A DNA stretch of 64,000 bases from an uncultured Bacilli bacterium (GCA_947625975.1 CANQQL010000002.1:4863-68862), one strand, 5' to 3'; positions 47,501 through 55,686 are shown, numbered from the stretch's first letter. The notes: generated from the letters alone by a model not told the origin. Made by a program: numbers and translations.

Positions 47501-50172
47501 TCTCCCTCTGCTTTCCAATCTTTAATATTTCTAAATGAAACTTCTGTACTATCAATAGAATCTAATAAATCTGATAAATGTTTGTCTAAGATTGGTCCAA
47601 GTCCAACGCTTAGAAGCTGAGATTCACCAATTGAATCAAATAGTGAAACGATAGAGTCTGGAGCGATGACTTCCGGATCCAAATAATCTGGTGAGTCATC
47701 TTGGCTAAGTAATTTTGTAAAATTACATTCTTTAAATGTATCAAAGAAAGTACCAAATTTGTCAATTTCTGCATTCCAGTCAGCAGTTTCCAACTCACTA
47801 CTATCCGTTATATTTCCATCTTCATAGCCAATTTTACTGAACAAACTATCAATAACACATAAGAAATTTTCTTTTTTATTCTCTACATTTGGATTAAAAA
47901 TTTTAGAATCTCGGATATGGCCTAAGACTGTTGTTAAGTCACTGGATTCAATTTTATTAAGCTGTTCTTCTAAATTACCTTCACCGGACATAGCATCAAC
48001 AATATTAAATAGAGATGGTGCCATATCTAAAATGTTATATAATTCGTCACCTAAGTTTTCTACGTCATAGTCTAAAGAATCTTTATCCAAGCCTATTTCA
48101 GTTAATTGTTCAGAGTTACTATCGATAACTCCTTTTAAAACTTGTGGAATAGTGGCTTTCAAAATTTTGGAATTATCTATTTTTCTTAATGGTTCCTTTA
48201 AACTATTGCAAACTTCTTCATTGAAATCAAAGCTTCCTGTTAGAAGCATGTCTTTCGTATTATCATTTGTTGCAATTTCTGCGACAATATCAAGCATTGT
48301 TCCAAACTCTTTTTTGTAATCCAATCGTGTTTCAAGACTACTTACTGCATCATCGATTTTCGTACTATCCAATTCCATTTGTAATTGAGAAGTAATGGAT
48401 GACACTATTAAATTAACTGCACTAGTGGATAATTTATTGAAAGAGTTAAATAATAAGTCACTATCTAATAAGCAACGACCTTCTAATAATTTTCCGCTTT
48501 CATTATCTATATTTACAAAATTATCATTTTCACGTTCACCAATTAAAATAGGTACCAAATCCTTAGAATGGGCTAAGATGGCATCTAATAACGCATTTAA
48601 ATTACTATCTTCTGGTTGTTGTTCTTCCGTAGTTTCTTCGTTCTTTAAAGATTTTTTACTTGCGACATCATTATTTACTACTAAAGTCTTGTCAATATAA
48701 GTCACTAAAGCATTTTCCGTAGTTTTATTTATGCGATAAATTGAATCATATATCGTCGCAAATTCATTTCCAAACTTTATATTTTCATATATTTCCCAAT
48801 CTGTAGGTAAATAGTCATGTAAAGGATATAAATAATTGCCTTCTTCATCTTGAACATTAGCCATTGTCCAAACAAGAGCGGGTAAGACTTGATCCATAAA
48901 CTTAATACTATCAAAATTCTCAAAAGTTTTAATTAAGAGTGTGTGTACACTTTCATCTTCTGAGTTTAAAATATTTTTTATCATTGAAGTTGGATTGTTA
49001 AGCACTTCTTCATCCACAATTCCTGATTCATATAAATCAGAATAAATGCCAACTAGAGTGTTTAAATCATTTTTCCAATCAATTTCATCTAAGTTGATTT
49101 TTTCTGAATCAATATAGTTATTAACTCCCTCCATGTTAAGTGCAAAGTCAGCGGCAATCGGCAAAACATTCATAACTAGATTTGATGTGGTGAGTTGAGC
49201 CACTAATACAGAGATAAGCTCACTATCTAACAAAATAGAGCCATTAACCGCAATTGTACTACTATCCACTATATCAATTGCTCCACTTGCAAAAAGAATT
49301 GTGCCAAGTGACAAAAGGGAAGACAATTCATCTGTAAAATACATTGTAGAATCGCTTGTGCTCGTGATGATGTTTGCAAGTTTCATATCCAATGTGTTTC
49401 CATCACTGTCTTTTGTCCAATTAAATAAAGCTTTTGCTAAAATAGAGTTGTCATATGCATCAATCCAACTCATTAATTGATTATAGGTTTCGCTATCTAA
49501 ATTTTCTTTTTCAACAGTTTGTGCATTATGAAAAGATTTTGAAATGGAATTCAAGACTGAACTAAAAGGCACAACAATCATTGATAAAACTAGTCCGCTT
49601 TTCACTATTCCTTCAATAAAACCAATTAAACGCATTTTGACTTCTTTGCGTAATTTTTTCGAAATAATATGTTTGAATATAAGGTGATACAAAAGCGTTG
49701 CTAAAAGGTTTCCAATAATTATAGTTACTAACGCCAAACAAATAAAAGCAATAAATCTAATAATTATCAAAGCCAATTCAGTTACTATAGCAATTGTTCT
49801 TGGATCTGATAATGTTTTTTCCAAACTACCACCTGAACTTGTGCCCAAAGCCGCTAATGCTTCAACTAAAGTTTCTTTAACAGATGTTATATTTATTGTT
49901 AATCCATTAACTTCAGCAGTCTGTGAACCAATAAAATTAGTTAAATCGACATCCGCAATAGCATTTCCGAGTTGACCAGCAAATACATAAGAAAGAATTA
50001 CAAGTATGCCAATAAAAATAAGCCTGAAAGAAGCATTCCAAACTCCTCTCAATAAACCTATAAGTCCACCTAATAGCACTAAAACAATGATAACTATAAA
50101 AGCTATATTGCAAATAGTCGAAATCATTTGTGGATCAATATTAGGTAAAGTTGATAAAATTAGAAAATTCAT
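44521..50172 (-). CDS. Giant (1883 aa) membrane-anchored protein: CvpA-like N-terminal TM domain + long acidic repeat-containing region of unknown family
   Basis: One uninterrupted 5.65-kb ORF. The first 200 aa or so hold 4-5 hydrophobic helices (LIGLLRGVWNASFRLIFIGILVILSYVFAG). The remainder is N/D/E/S-rich with recurring motifs. It has its own terminator. Confidence 0.85.
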   Translation of the reverse strand: MNFLILSTLPNIDPQMISTICNIAFIVIIVLVLLGGLIGLLRGVWNASFRLIFIGILVILSYVFAGQLGNAIADVDLTNFIGSQTAEVNGLTINITSVKETLVEALAALGTSSGGSLEKTLSDPRTIAIVTELALIIIRFIAFICLALVTIIIGNLLATLLYHLIFKHIISKKLRKEVKMRLIGFIEGIVKSGLVLSMIVVPFSSVLNSISKSFHNAQTVEKENLDSETYNQLMSWIDAYDNSILAKALFNWTKDSDGNTLDMKLANIITSTSDSTMYFTDELSSLLSLGTILFASGAIDIVDSSTIAVNGSILLDSELISVLVAQLTTSNLVMNVLPIAADFALNMEGVNNYIDSEKINLDEIDWKNDLNTLVGIYSDLYESGIVDEEVLNNPTSMIKNILNSEDESVHTLLIKTFENFDSIKFMDQVLPALVWTMANVQDEEGNYLYPLHDYLPTDWEIYENIKFGNEFATIYDSIYRINKTTENALVTYIDKTLVVNNDVASKKSLKNEETTEEQQPEDSNLNALLDAILAHSKDLVPILIGERENDNFVNIDNESGKLLEGRCLLDSDLLFNSFNKLSTSAVNLIVSSITSQLQMELDSTKIDDAVSSLETRLDYKKEFGTMLDIVAEIATNDNTKDMLLTGSFDFNEEVCNSLKEPLRKIDNSKILKATIPQVLKGVIDSNSEQLTEIGLDKDSLDYDVENLGDELYNILDMAPSLFNIVDAMSGEGNLEEQLNKIESSDLTTVLGHIRDSKIFNPNVENKKENFLCVIDSLFSKIGYEDGNITDSSELETADWNAEIDKFGTFFDTFKECNFTKLLSQDDSPDYLDPEVIAPDSIVSLFDSIGESQLLSVGLGPILDKHLSDLLDSIDSTEVSFRNIKDWKAEGETFSTLLDSAQKLNEKGVALDNIDFINSDTELTRSLVKALSTTQLFTDENSFGEFLKNQLISTKGLNLADIDNPESYSKTTEFIAEISEKKNWEYEIDILFDFIKEIQLIGAGDGPISNTSGSDGLDKVLNDPSKAEYRRLFTAKEENFVGINNSNILRMAIANAIKDAASVVGDFNGIDLKINSRINVQALVDLDNADERNAEINTVYSALEKIQSIKGSDFNDVRNDNEQLTNLKDALIFLHDSKIFNTLQNENLENEADATVFEGIVTEFLNATLGEEAVIGTTDKINNTELKYKTTLEIVRDSILNNRCNENLNDEWITKEASKGEIDNLFELIQSSSGVDFDNAGNDTGWLEEKADDLLPLLNKSKLLFRAIPHYIHMFTEQCDTSDFTTLDGTTRYELNLRAATPEYTYNADTKEYDHYDDEEISYLTTIMNNFTSLTDALRNKLDINFIKGENEEIIKETLNALANSSVFNQFNAKDLMDANSLETNDTVFIQLMWLIFDESSLSKVIYDAKTDGGLYDYMPGVTAHKNARNKIIEFNKQNSKSWEKEIDDIFNIFDSVTDETVTQIQDINVEKMSPDSITNILKTINSSDLCYDAVPVYIKKAFENVALSEFSKYNGENKENYLIGREDYNIELNNINKLLNEICEVDVDGQVNYNIKFGSEFEISSFGEKGLGTFIQFLLDSEIFKDCRGLVLKNAINSVGFADYIRNDYDAEHKNVFDKIFEKIETTYPSSEDRQKQIDIEGGALNSIASSLKEVIGNIPQDGENVFTSLNAKAVDGIFKGCFQNGKALIASEIVAGFLSTNIKDSGYLDDYYLDSLNDYSKLWFYSNGEDFAYPLFNELEANALSSSIDSINVITAVKNNYLNLNNPYEENGMPTEMTNAQKIVSCLESLYSKSTNEDSMIAKFIYKKGIYDKLIGENGICTMVHSNKDVVFLVFPNGEERKSSFETAYNDMLTERSSIVNNKNLFKNVHDDIMNMFNALAN
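45222..49185 (-). repeat. Intragenic array of about 12 degenerate 90-115-aa protein repeat modules within the giant ORF
   Basis: Motif A (DWNAEIDKFGTFF, NWEYEIDILFDFI, SWEKEIDDIFNIF, DWKAEGETFSTLL, GEIDNLFELI) alternates with motif B (IDNSKILKATIP, IRDSKIFN, LHDSKIFN, LNKSKLLFRAIP, LANSSVFN, INSSDLCYDAVP, LLDSEIFK, INNSNILRMAI). Spacing is roughly regular by residue count. Confidence 0.5.
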
Positions 50173-50355
50173 AAAACAACACCTCGCAAAGTATTATAAC
50201 ATATACATTTAAAAAATATATATGTTATTTAGATTTGTTTTAATTTTACCAATAAATGTCTTTAGCTATAGTCAAATTTAAAAATTTTGTTTTTTTCAAG
50301 TAGCAACACACATTTTTGATAAAATTTAAACATTAACAGTTAATTTAATATTTTG

Positions 50356-50364
50356 TGCTATAAT
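50356..50364 (+). promoter_or_regulatory. Extended -10 promoter element (TGCTATAAT) for the CPBP-TraX-trxA genes
   Basis: TGnTATAAT, 28 nt upstream of the ATG at 50392. AGGTGA RBS. Confidence 0.45.
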
Positions 50365-50391
50365 ATATTAATGTGAAAAAGGTGAATTTTT

Positions 50392-51114
50392 ATGCAAACT
50401 AAAAACAAAATTACATATTTAAATATCGTAAAGCATGCCATATGCTACTTAATCAGTTTCGGTGGGCTATATGCATTTTTTATTTTACTTTCTTTAATTT
50501 GTCAAGCCTTCCCCTCATTCACAGCGCTAGATGTCAATGTTCAAAATATCATTGTTCAAGTTCTTGCCTATGGATTTACTTTCGTGGCTATTATAATTTA
50601 CCTTTACAATATTGCTTTAAAAGATATTCTTAATCAATTTAAGAATTTACAAAACATAGCGAGTGGTTTTCTATATGGTGCAGGCTTACTAGTTGGCACT
50701 ATTATAATAGGCATAATTTGTCAAACAATTGGAAATTTAATTGGTGCACCAGTAACACCGAATGAAAATGAAGAGGCTATAAATAACGCAGCATTATCTC
50801 TACCACTTTTGACATGTCTCATGACCATAATTTTTGCACCTGTTACAGAAGAAATCGGCTACAGATTTGGAATATTTGGGGGAATTCATCAATATAATCG
50901 ATGGCTTGCTTATATTGTTACTTCTTTAATTTTCGCTTTAATTCACACTAACTTCGATACTGGAAATTTTGTCAATGAACTCCTTAACTTGCCTTCATAC
51001 ATATTTGCTGGAGCATGGCTTTGCTTCACCTATGAAAGAAGTGGCTCGATAGTAACATCTATAACCGCTCATATGACAAATAATCTCGTGGCATTTTTAT
51101 TATCTGTATTATAG
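50392..51114 (+). CDS. CPBP-family intramembrane glutamic endopeptidase (CAAX protease/Abi family)
   Basis: PVTEEIGYRFG (EExxxR), FALIH, and HMTNN near the C-terminus. Polytopic. Confidence 0.85.
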   Translation: MQTKNKITYLNIVKHAICYLISFGGLYAFFILLSLICQAFPSFTALDVNVQNIIVQVLAYGFTFVAIIIYLYNIALKDILNQFKNLQNIASGFLYGAGLLVGTIIIGIICQTIGNLIGAPVTPNENEEAINNAALSLPLLTCLMTIIFAPVTEEIGYRFGIFGGIHQYNRWLAYIVTSLIFALIHTNFDTGNFVNELLNLPSYIFAGAWLCFTYERSGSIVTSITAHMTNNLVAFLLSVL

Positions 51115-51121
51115 AAAAAGC

Positions 51122-51961
51122 ATGAAAAACACCCGCATTTTAGATGGATTTTGGCTAAGAATTATCGCTATTATTACAATGATTATTGATCATTTGGCAA
51201 TTTTATTAGTGTCTTTTGATTTGTTATCGGCTAGTTCTATTTTATATTTTATTATGCGCATTTTTGGAAGAATTTCTTTTCCATTATACGCTTTGGGCAT
51301 TGTCGAAGGCGTACTAAATACCAAAAATTTAAAAAAATATCTTTTACGTTTAGGCTTCATGGCAATAAGTATGGGGCTAGCGATAGTTATAATTGATAAA
51401 CTTATTGTATTTCATTTAACATTTGTGGAAAATATATTTTTAACTCTATTTTTAGGTGCCACCGCAATCTCTTTCTTAAATAGTAAAAAACAATGGATTA
51501 AATTAATTAGTTTCGTTCCACTTCTTCTATCTTTTTTCGGCAATTTTACAGTTTTATCCCCATATTTTAATCCTCAATATGGCATTTATGGTGTATTAAT
51601 GATTATCTTAATGTATTTAGGAAATAAATTGGCTCACTCCTATTCCGTAAAGCAAGCCAAAAAATATTCAATATCATTCTTAGATTATTCAACTACTTCT
51701 TATTATCAAAAAAATATAAATTTTGGATACGCTATAGCAATACTTTTACTTAATGTTTTATATTATCTTATCCTAGAATTAATGCCATCTTTAACGAATT
51801 TTTTCTTATTAAGCTTGCAAGATTATAGTATTATTTCAATCTTTATTGTGATACTATATAATGGAAAACGTGGATATGATTCTAAATGGTTTAGAACATT
51901 TAATTATATGTTTTATCCTATGCATCTACTAATTCTTTATCTAATTTTATATATATTGTAA
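51122..51961 (+). CDS. TraX-family membrane protein
   Basis: FWLRIIAIITMIIDHLA N-terminal signature. Polytopic, 279 aa. Confidence 0.7.
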   Translation: MKNTRILDGFWLRIIAIITMIIDHLAILLVSFDLLSASSILYFIMRIFGRISFPLYALGIVEGVLNTKNLKKYLLRLGFMAISMGLAIVIIDKLIVFHLTFVENIFLTLFLGATAISFLNSKKQWIKLISFVPLLLSFFGNFTVLSPYFNPQYGIYGVLMIILMYLGNKLAHSYSVKQAKKYSISFLDYSTTSYYQKNINFGYAIAILLLNVLYYLILELMPSLTNFFLLSLQDYSIISIFIVILYNGKRGYDSKWFRTFNYMFYPMHLLILYLILYIL

Positions 51962-51973
51962 AGGAGAAATACT

Positions 51974-52285
51974 ATGATAAAATACATTGAAAATACAGTT
52001 GAATTCGAGAATTTCATTAAAGATGGGCAAGTTGTTGTAGATTTTTATGCTAACTGGTGTGGACCATGTAAAATGCTATCTCCGGTTTTAGAGGAATTAG
52101 ATCAGGAGATTGAGAACTTAAAGATTGCTAAAGTTAATGTCGATGATTTTGGTGACTTAGCAGAAAAATACACCATATTTTCTATTCCGACTTTAATTCT
52201 TATAAAAGATGGCCAAGAAGTAGCAAAACAAATTGGTTTTTTACCAAAAGATTCATTGGTACATTTAATTAAAAAAACTTTTTAA
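51974..52285 (+). CDS. trxA: Thioredoxin
   Basis: VDFYANWCGPCKM active site. 103 aa. Confidence 0.95.
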   Translation: MIKYIENTVEFENFIKDGQVVVDFYANWCGPCKMLSPVLEELDQEIENLKIAKVNVDDFGDLAEKYTIFSIPTLILIKDGQEVAKQIGFLPKDSLVHLIKKTF

Positions 52286-52291
52286 AAATTC

Positions 52292-52319
52292 TTGATTTTT
52301 CCTATATATATGGTAATAT
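52292..52319 (+). promoter_or_regulatory. Candidate promoter of the tRNA-Asp and tRNA-Gly pair
   Basis: TTGATT, 16 nt, then TGgTAATAT (extended -10), ending 22 nt upstream of the tRNA 5' end. Confidence 0.45.
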
Positions 52320-52341
52320 TTATTCGCACAGTAAATTGCAT

Positions 52342-52417
52342 GGACCAGTGGTGTAGCGGTTAACATGCTTCCCTGTCACGGAAGAGACCGCGGGTTCGAT
52401 TCCCGTCTGGTCCGCCA
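52342..52417 (+). tRNA. tRNA-Asp (anticodon GUC), CCA encoded
   Basis: Cloverleaf folded by hand: acceptor GGACCAG/CTGGTCC; anticodon arm CTTCC-CTGTCAC-GGAAG; T-arm GCGGG-TTCGATT-CCCGT. Confidence 0.9.
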
Positions 52418-52427
52418 TATTTATATT

Positions 52428-52501
52428 GCAGGTGTAGTTCAGTGGTAGAACATCAGCCTTCCAAGCTGATTATGCGGGTTCGATTCCCGTCACCTGCTCC
52501 A
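52428..52501 (+). tRNA. tRNA-Gly (anticodon UCC), CCA encoded
   Basis: Acceptor GCAGGTG/CACCTGC; anticodon arm TCAGC-CTTCCAA-GCTGA; T-arm GCGGG-TTCGATT-CCCGT. Confidence 0.9.
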
Positions 52502-52513
52502 TGTTAAAGGAAT

Positions 52514-52545
52514 CAGATTGATACAGTGTGTCAGTCTGTTTTTTA
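52514..52545 (+). terminator. Terminator after the tRNA pair
   Basis: CAGATTG-(11 nt)-CAGTCTG (7 bp including one G-U pair), followed by TTTTTT. Confidence 0.5.
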
Positions 52546-52588
52546 TAGAGTTCGACTCCCAAACGTCTATGTGGTTTTAAAGAAAAAC

Positions 52589-52633
52589 AGGTCTTAGGAA
52601 GTGCAGAAGTTGCATTTTTCTAAGACCTTTTTA
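52589..52633. terminator. Bidirectional hairpin downstream of the TetR gene
   Basis: Perfect 9-bp stem AGGTCTTAG-(22 nt)-CTAAGACCT, then TTTT on the plus strand and GTTTTT on the minus strand. Confidence 0.6.
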
Positions 52634-52703
52634 GTCTATCTTAAATCAATATATGGTGATTGGCGTGCTGGTAGTAAAAGCCATTACAATATCTACAAAA
52701 AAA

Positions 52704-53207
52704 TTAAATTTTATCAATATATTCTTGCATTTCTTTTGGTGTTTCGTGAAATCCACGCTTAATCCAACCATCAAGCAATCCGAACAGTCCATAAGAATAA
52801 AATAGTCCTCTATAAAATTCAAAAACATTTTCTTTATTTTGAGAAACCATAATAGAATAAAAAGCATCATAAATTGTTGATTGCAAGCCTCTTTCATAAA
52901 AAAGAGCAAGTAAGTCTTTTATGCTGTAATTAAACTCAAAAAATGTCAATCCGTTTTTTGAAGTGAAGTTTTTTCGCTCCACAACATTATGTTCATCTGC
53001 CCAGCGTTCCCATAATTTAATTAGTTTAAAAGTAATTGCTTCTTGTTTGCTCGAAAAGTTTCGGAAATAAGTTGTTCTTCCAACTTGAGCTGTTTCTGAA
53101 ATTTCTGGTATGGATATTTTATTTAACGGTTTCTTTCGTAACAATTTGATTAGTGCGTCGGCAAGACACTCTTTTAAAAATTCTGTTGTTTTTGCATTTC
53201 CACCCAT
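52704..53207 (-). CDS. TetR/AcrR-family transcriptional regulator
   Basis: N-terminal HTH ISIPEISETAQVGRTTYFRNFSSKQEA. AGGAGG RBS. Confidence 0.88.
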   Translation of the reverse strand: MGGNAKTTEFLKECLADALIKLLRKKPLNKISIPEISETAQVGRTTYFRNFSSKQEAITFKLIKLWERWADEHNVVERKNFTSKNGLTFFEFNYSIKDLLALFYERGLQSTIYDAFYSIMVSQNKENVFEFYRGLFYSYGLFGLLDGWIKRGFHETPKEMQEYIDKI

Positions 53208-53281
53208 ATTATGTTCCTCCTATATGGTACTTTTTTTTGATTTCGTACCGCAATGAATTGCTTTTTTCTTAAAGTTCCATT

Positions 53282-53313
53282 TTGAATTTTGAGAAATTCA
53301 AACGCTTGAATTT
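53282..53313. promoter_or_regulatory. Candidate TetR operator: 8-4-8 perfect inverted repeat plus a third half-site
   Basis: TTGAATTT-tgag-AAATTCAA (53282-53301), then TTGAATTT again at 53306-53313. It lies in the divergent tetR/hydrolase intergenic region. Confidence 0.5.
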
Positions 53314-53496
53314 ATGTTGAAAGATGTTATATTATTGGTACGATAATACCTTTCTGATTTTATAATACCACAAAGGTTTTGTCAAACGAAAGAAAAATGT
53401 GTTTGATATTTTCATTAATTATTGTTTTAAATGCAACAAATATAATGAAAAAATGAACAATACAAATTTTAAATATAAATTTTGGAGGTATAGGAA

Positions 53497-54567
53497 ATGG
53501 AAGAACAATCTATTATGGAAACTAAAGCTGAAAAGCCAAAAAAGAAATTAAAACACAAAGGGCTTATTATTGTTGGATCAATTTTTGGCTGCTTGCTTGT
53601 TTTATGCTTAACGCTTTATTTTGTGGTTACCTGTAATACGCAAATTATTGTGGGATTTATTCAAAAGGCAACCTATGGTGATAATCCTATCAATTCATAT
53701 GAACCTTTTTACGAACCGATAAACGGCAAAAAAGATAACGGACAATATCTAATTAGCGAGATAAAATACGACACCGAATATCCAAATAGCTATTTAGATA
53801 TTACTTATCCAAATGAAAATGTAGAAATTAATCGTCCTACACTATTTTATTTTCATGGTGGTGGATTCTTTGCTGGAAGCAAAAACATGGGAGATCCTTT
53901 AGCAGAAACTGAAACAACAGCCTTACTAGATGATATTTGTGCCGATGGCTACAATATCGTCAATGTAGATTATGCATTAGTTCCTGATTATCATTTCCCT
54001 GTTCCACTTATCCAAGCAAACAGAGCTTTTGCGTATATACAAGAGCATGCAGAAGAATATCATTTGAATATTGATAATGTTGTGATTATGGGTTCATCAG
54101 CTGGTGCAATCATAACTAGTCAATTGGGCAGTATCATAACGAATTCCGAATATGCTGACTTACTTGGAATTGAGCCATCATTTACACCTCAACAAATCAA
54201 AGCAGTCATTCTTGACGATGCACCACTTGATTATGAAGCATTTTCTTTTGCTACAAAAATTCTTGTCGGTAATTATGTGAAAGGTAGCATTTACTTAAAT
54301 AAAGATGAAATAAAAAAGTATAACAATATAAAAAGTCTAACTACAAATTATCCAGATGCAGTACTTCTTGGCAGTGAATATAGACACGATATGAATGTAA
54401 TGCACGAAGAACTCAATAAACTCGGTTGTGAACATATTTTAATAGATCCGTACGCAGAACGTGGAGAAACAAAGCAACATTGTTTTGTGGCTTCTGAAAG
54501 AGTTGATCCTATAGCAAAAGATGCATTCGATAGAATGATGTCTTTCATAAATGAAAGGACTAAATAA
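53497..54567 (+). CDS. Membrane-anchored alpha/beta hydrolase, HSL-type esterase/lipase
   Basis: N-terminal TM helix. Oxyanion HGGGF, nucleophile elbow GSSAG. GGAGG RBS. Confidence 0.85.
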   Translation: MEEQSIMETKAEKPKKKLKHKGLIIVGSIFGCLLVLCLTLYFVVTCNTQIIVGFIQKATYGDNPINSYEPFYEPINGKKDNGQYLISEIKYDTEYPNSYLDITYPNENVEINRPTLFYFHGGGFFAGSKNMGDPLAETETTALLDDICADGYNIVNVDYALVPDYHFPVPLIQANRAFAYIQEHAEEYHLNIDNVVIMGSSAGAIITSQLGSIITNSEYADLLGIEPSFTPQQIKAVILDDAPLDYEAFSFATKILVGNYVKGSIYLNKDEIKKYNNIKSLTTNYPDAVLLGSEYRHDMNVMHEELNKLGCEHILIDPYAERGETKQHCFVASERVDPIAKDAFDRMMSFINERTK

Positions 54568-54571
54568 ACTT

Positions 54572-55543
54572 ATGAAGAAATTTTTAAAAGGTATTTTAAG
54601 TGCCGTTATCATTATTGTAGTTTTGATTATTATATTGATTGTTGTCTTATCAATAAAAAGTGGTATTGATGCTAAAAAATCACATTTAACTGATGATTAT
54701 TATACGAGTTTTAAATCTGATTCTTTACTGGAACAAAAATATTCTGGGTTAGGAGATTACGAGGTCACAAATGTAGATTTTGATGCAGACAATAAAAAAA
54801 TTGACAAATTCCGTGTTTGGTATCCAAAAGAATTAGAAAGTAAACAAAAAGAATATCCACTTATTGTTATCACTAACGCAAGTAATGTTGCGTCACTTAA
54901 TTATGAGCCATATTTCAAGCGACTTGCTTCTTGGGGATTTATCGTTGCAGGGAATGAGGATAGACAAGCAGGTTCTGGTGAATCCACCTCACTTACGCTT
55001 GACTATGTATTGAATCTTAATGACAAACAAGATAGTGTTTTTTATAAGAAAATCAGTCAAACAAATATTGGTAGTCTGGGCTTTTCACAAGGAGGAGCAG
55101 GTGCGATTAGAGCTGTGACAGAATTTGAAAATAGTAACCGATATAAAACAATTTTTACTGGCAGTGCAGCTTATGCTAAACTTGCGAAAAATATGGGTTG
55201 GGAATATGATGCTTCTAAAATCAAAATTCCATATTTTATGACAGCAGGCACAGGAAAATCCGATGATTCTGGAAAATATGGGGAAAATGATTTTTCAGGC
55301 GTAGCACCTTTATTTTCATTAAAAGAAAACTATGAAGCGATGAGTAACGATGTATTCAAAATTCGTGCAAGAATAAAAGATGCAGAACATGAAGATATGC
55401 TTACCTTAACAGACGGCTATATGACAGCTTGGATGCTTTGGCAACTTTGTGACAATGAAGAAGCAAAAACTGTTTTTGTGGGGAATAACGCAAAAATACT
55501 TTTAAACACAAATTGGCAAGATATTAAAAAAATAGATAATTAG
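54572..55543 (+). CDS. Membrane-anchored alpha/beta hydrolase (dienelactone hydrolase/chlorophyllase/cutinase-like)
   Basis: N-terminal TM helix. GFSQGG nucleophile elbow. I prefer the start at MKKFLKG, 4 nt after the upstream stop. Confidence 0.75.
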   Translation: MKKFLKGILSAVIIIVVLIIILIVVLSIKSGIDAKKSHLTDDYYTSFKSDSLLEQKYSGLGDYEVTNVDFDADNKKIDKFRVWYPKELESKQKEYPLIVITNASNVASLNYEPYFKRLASWGFIVAGNEDRQAGSGESTSLTLDYVLNLNDKQDSVFYKKISQTNIGSLGFSQGGAGAIRAVTEFENSNRYKTIFTGSAAYAKLAKNMGWEYDASKIKIPYFMTAGTGKSDDSGKYGENDFSGVAPLFSLKENYEAMSNDVFKIRARIKDAEHEDMLTLTDGYMTAWMLWQLCDNEEAKTVFVGNNAKILLNTNWQDIKKIDN

Positions 55544-55649
55544 CTTTATTGTATGGAAGTATATTACGATATACATTGATATTTTCAACAATAAATAGAG
55601 TTTCACTTCAAAAACGGAAACAAAATAAAGGTATATATGTCTATTTAAT

Positions 55650-55686
55650 AAACCACCACTAGCTAATATGATTTTGGTGGTTTTTG
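55650..55686 (+). terminator. Terminator of the esterase operon
   Basis: AAACCACCA-(16 nt)-TGGTGGTTT, followed by a T-run. Confidence 0.65.

Noticed and set aside
52546-52566. tRNA T-arm-like fragment AGAGTTCGACTCCCAA after the tRNA pair, a possible att-site scar of an integrative element
   Set aside because: The flanking bases cannot form a T-stem (TAGAG versus CCCAA). There is no matching direct repeat that I could find at the other end of the TetR-esterase cassette, and no integrase gene. The resemblance is too short to support a call.
52646-52909. 87-aa minus-strand ORF, plus a plus-strand ORF of about 49 codons starting at 52654 (MVIGVLVVKAITIS...)
   Set aside because: Both overlap the TetR gene (52704-53207), out of frame or antisense. 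They have no RBS and no motif.
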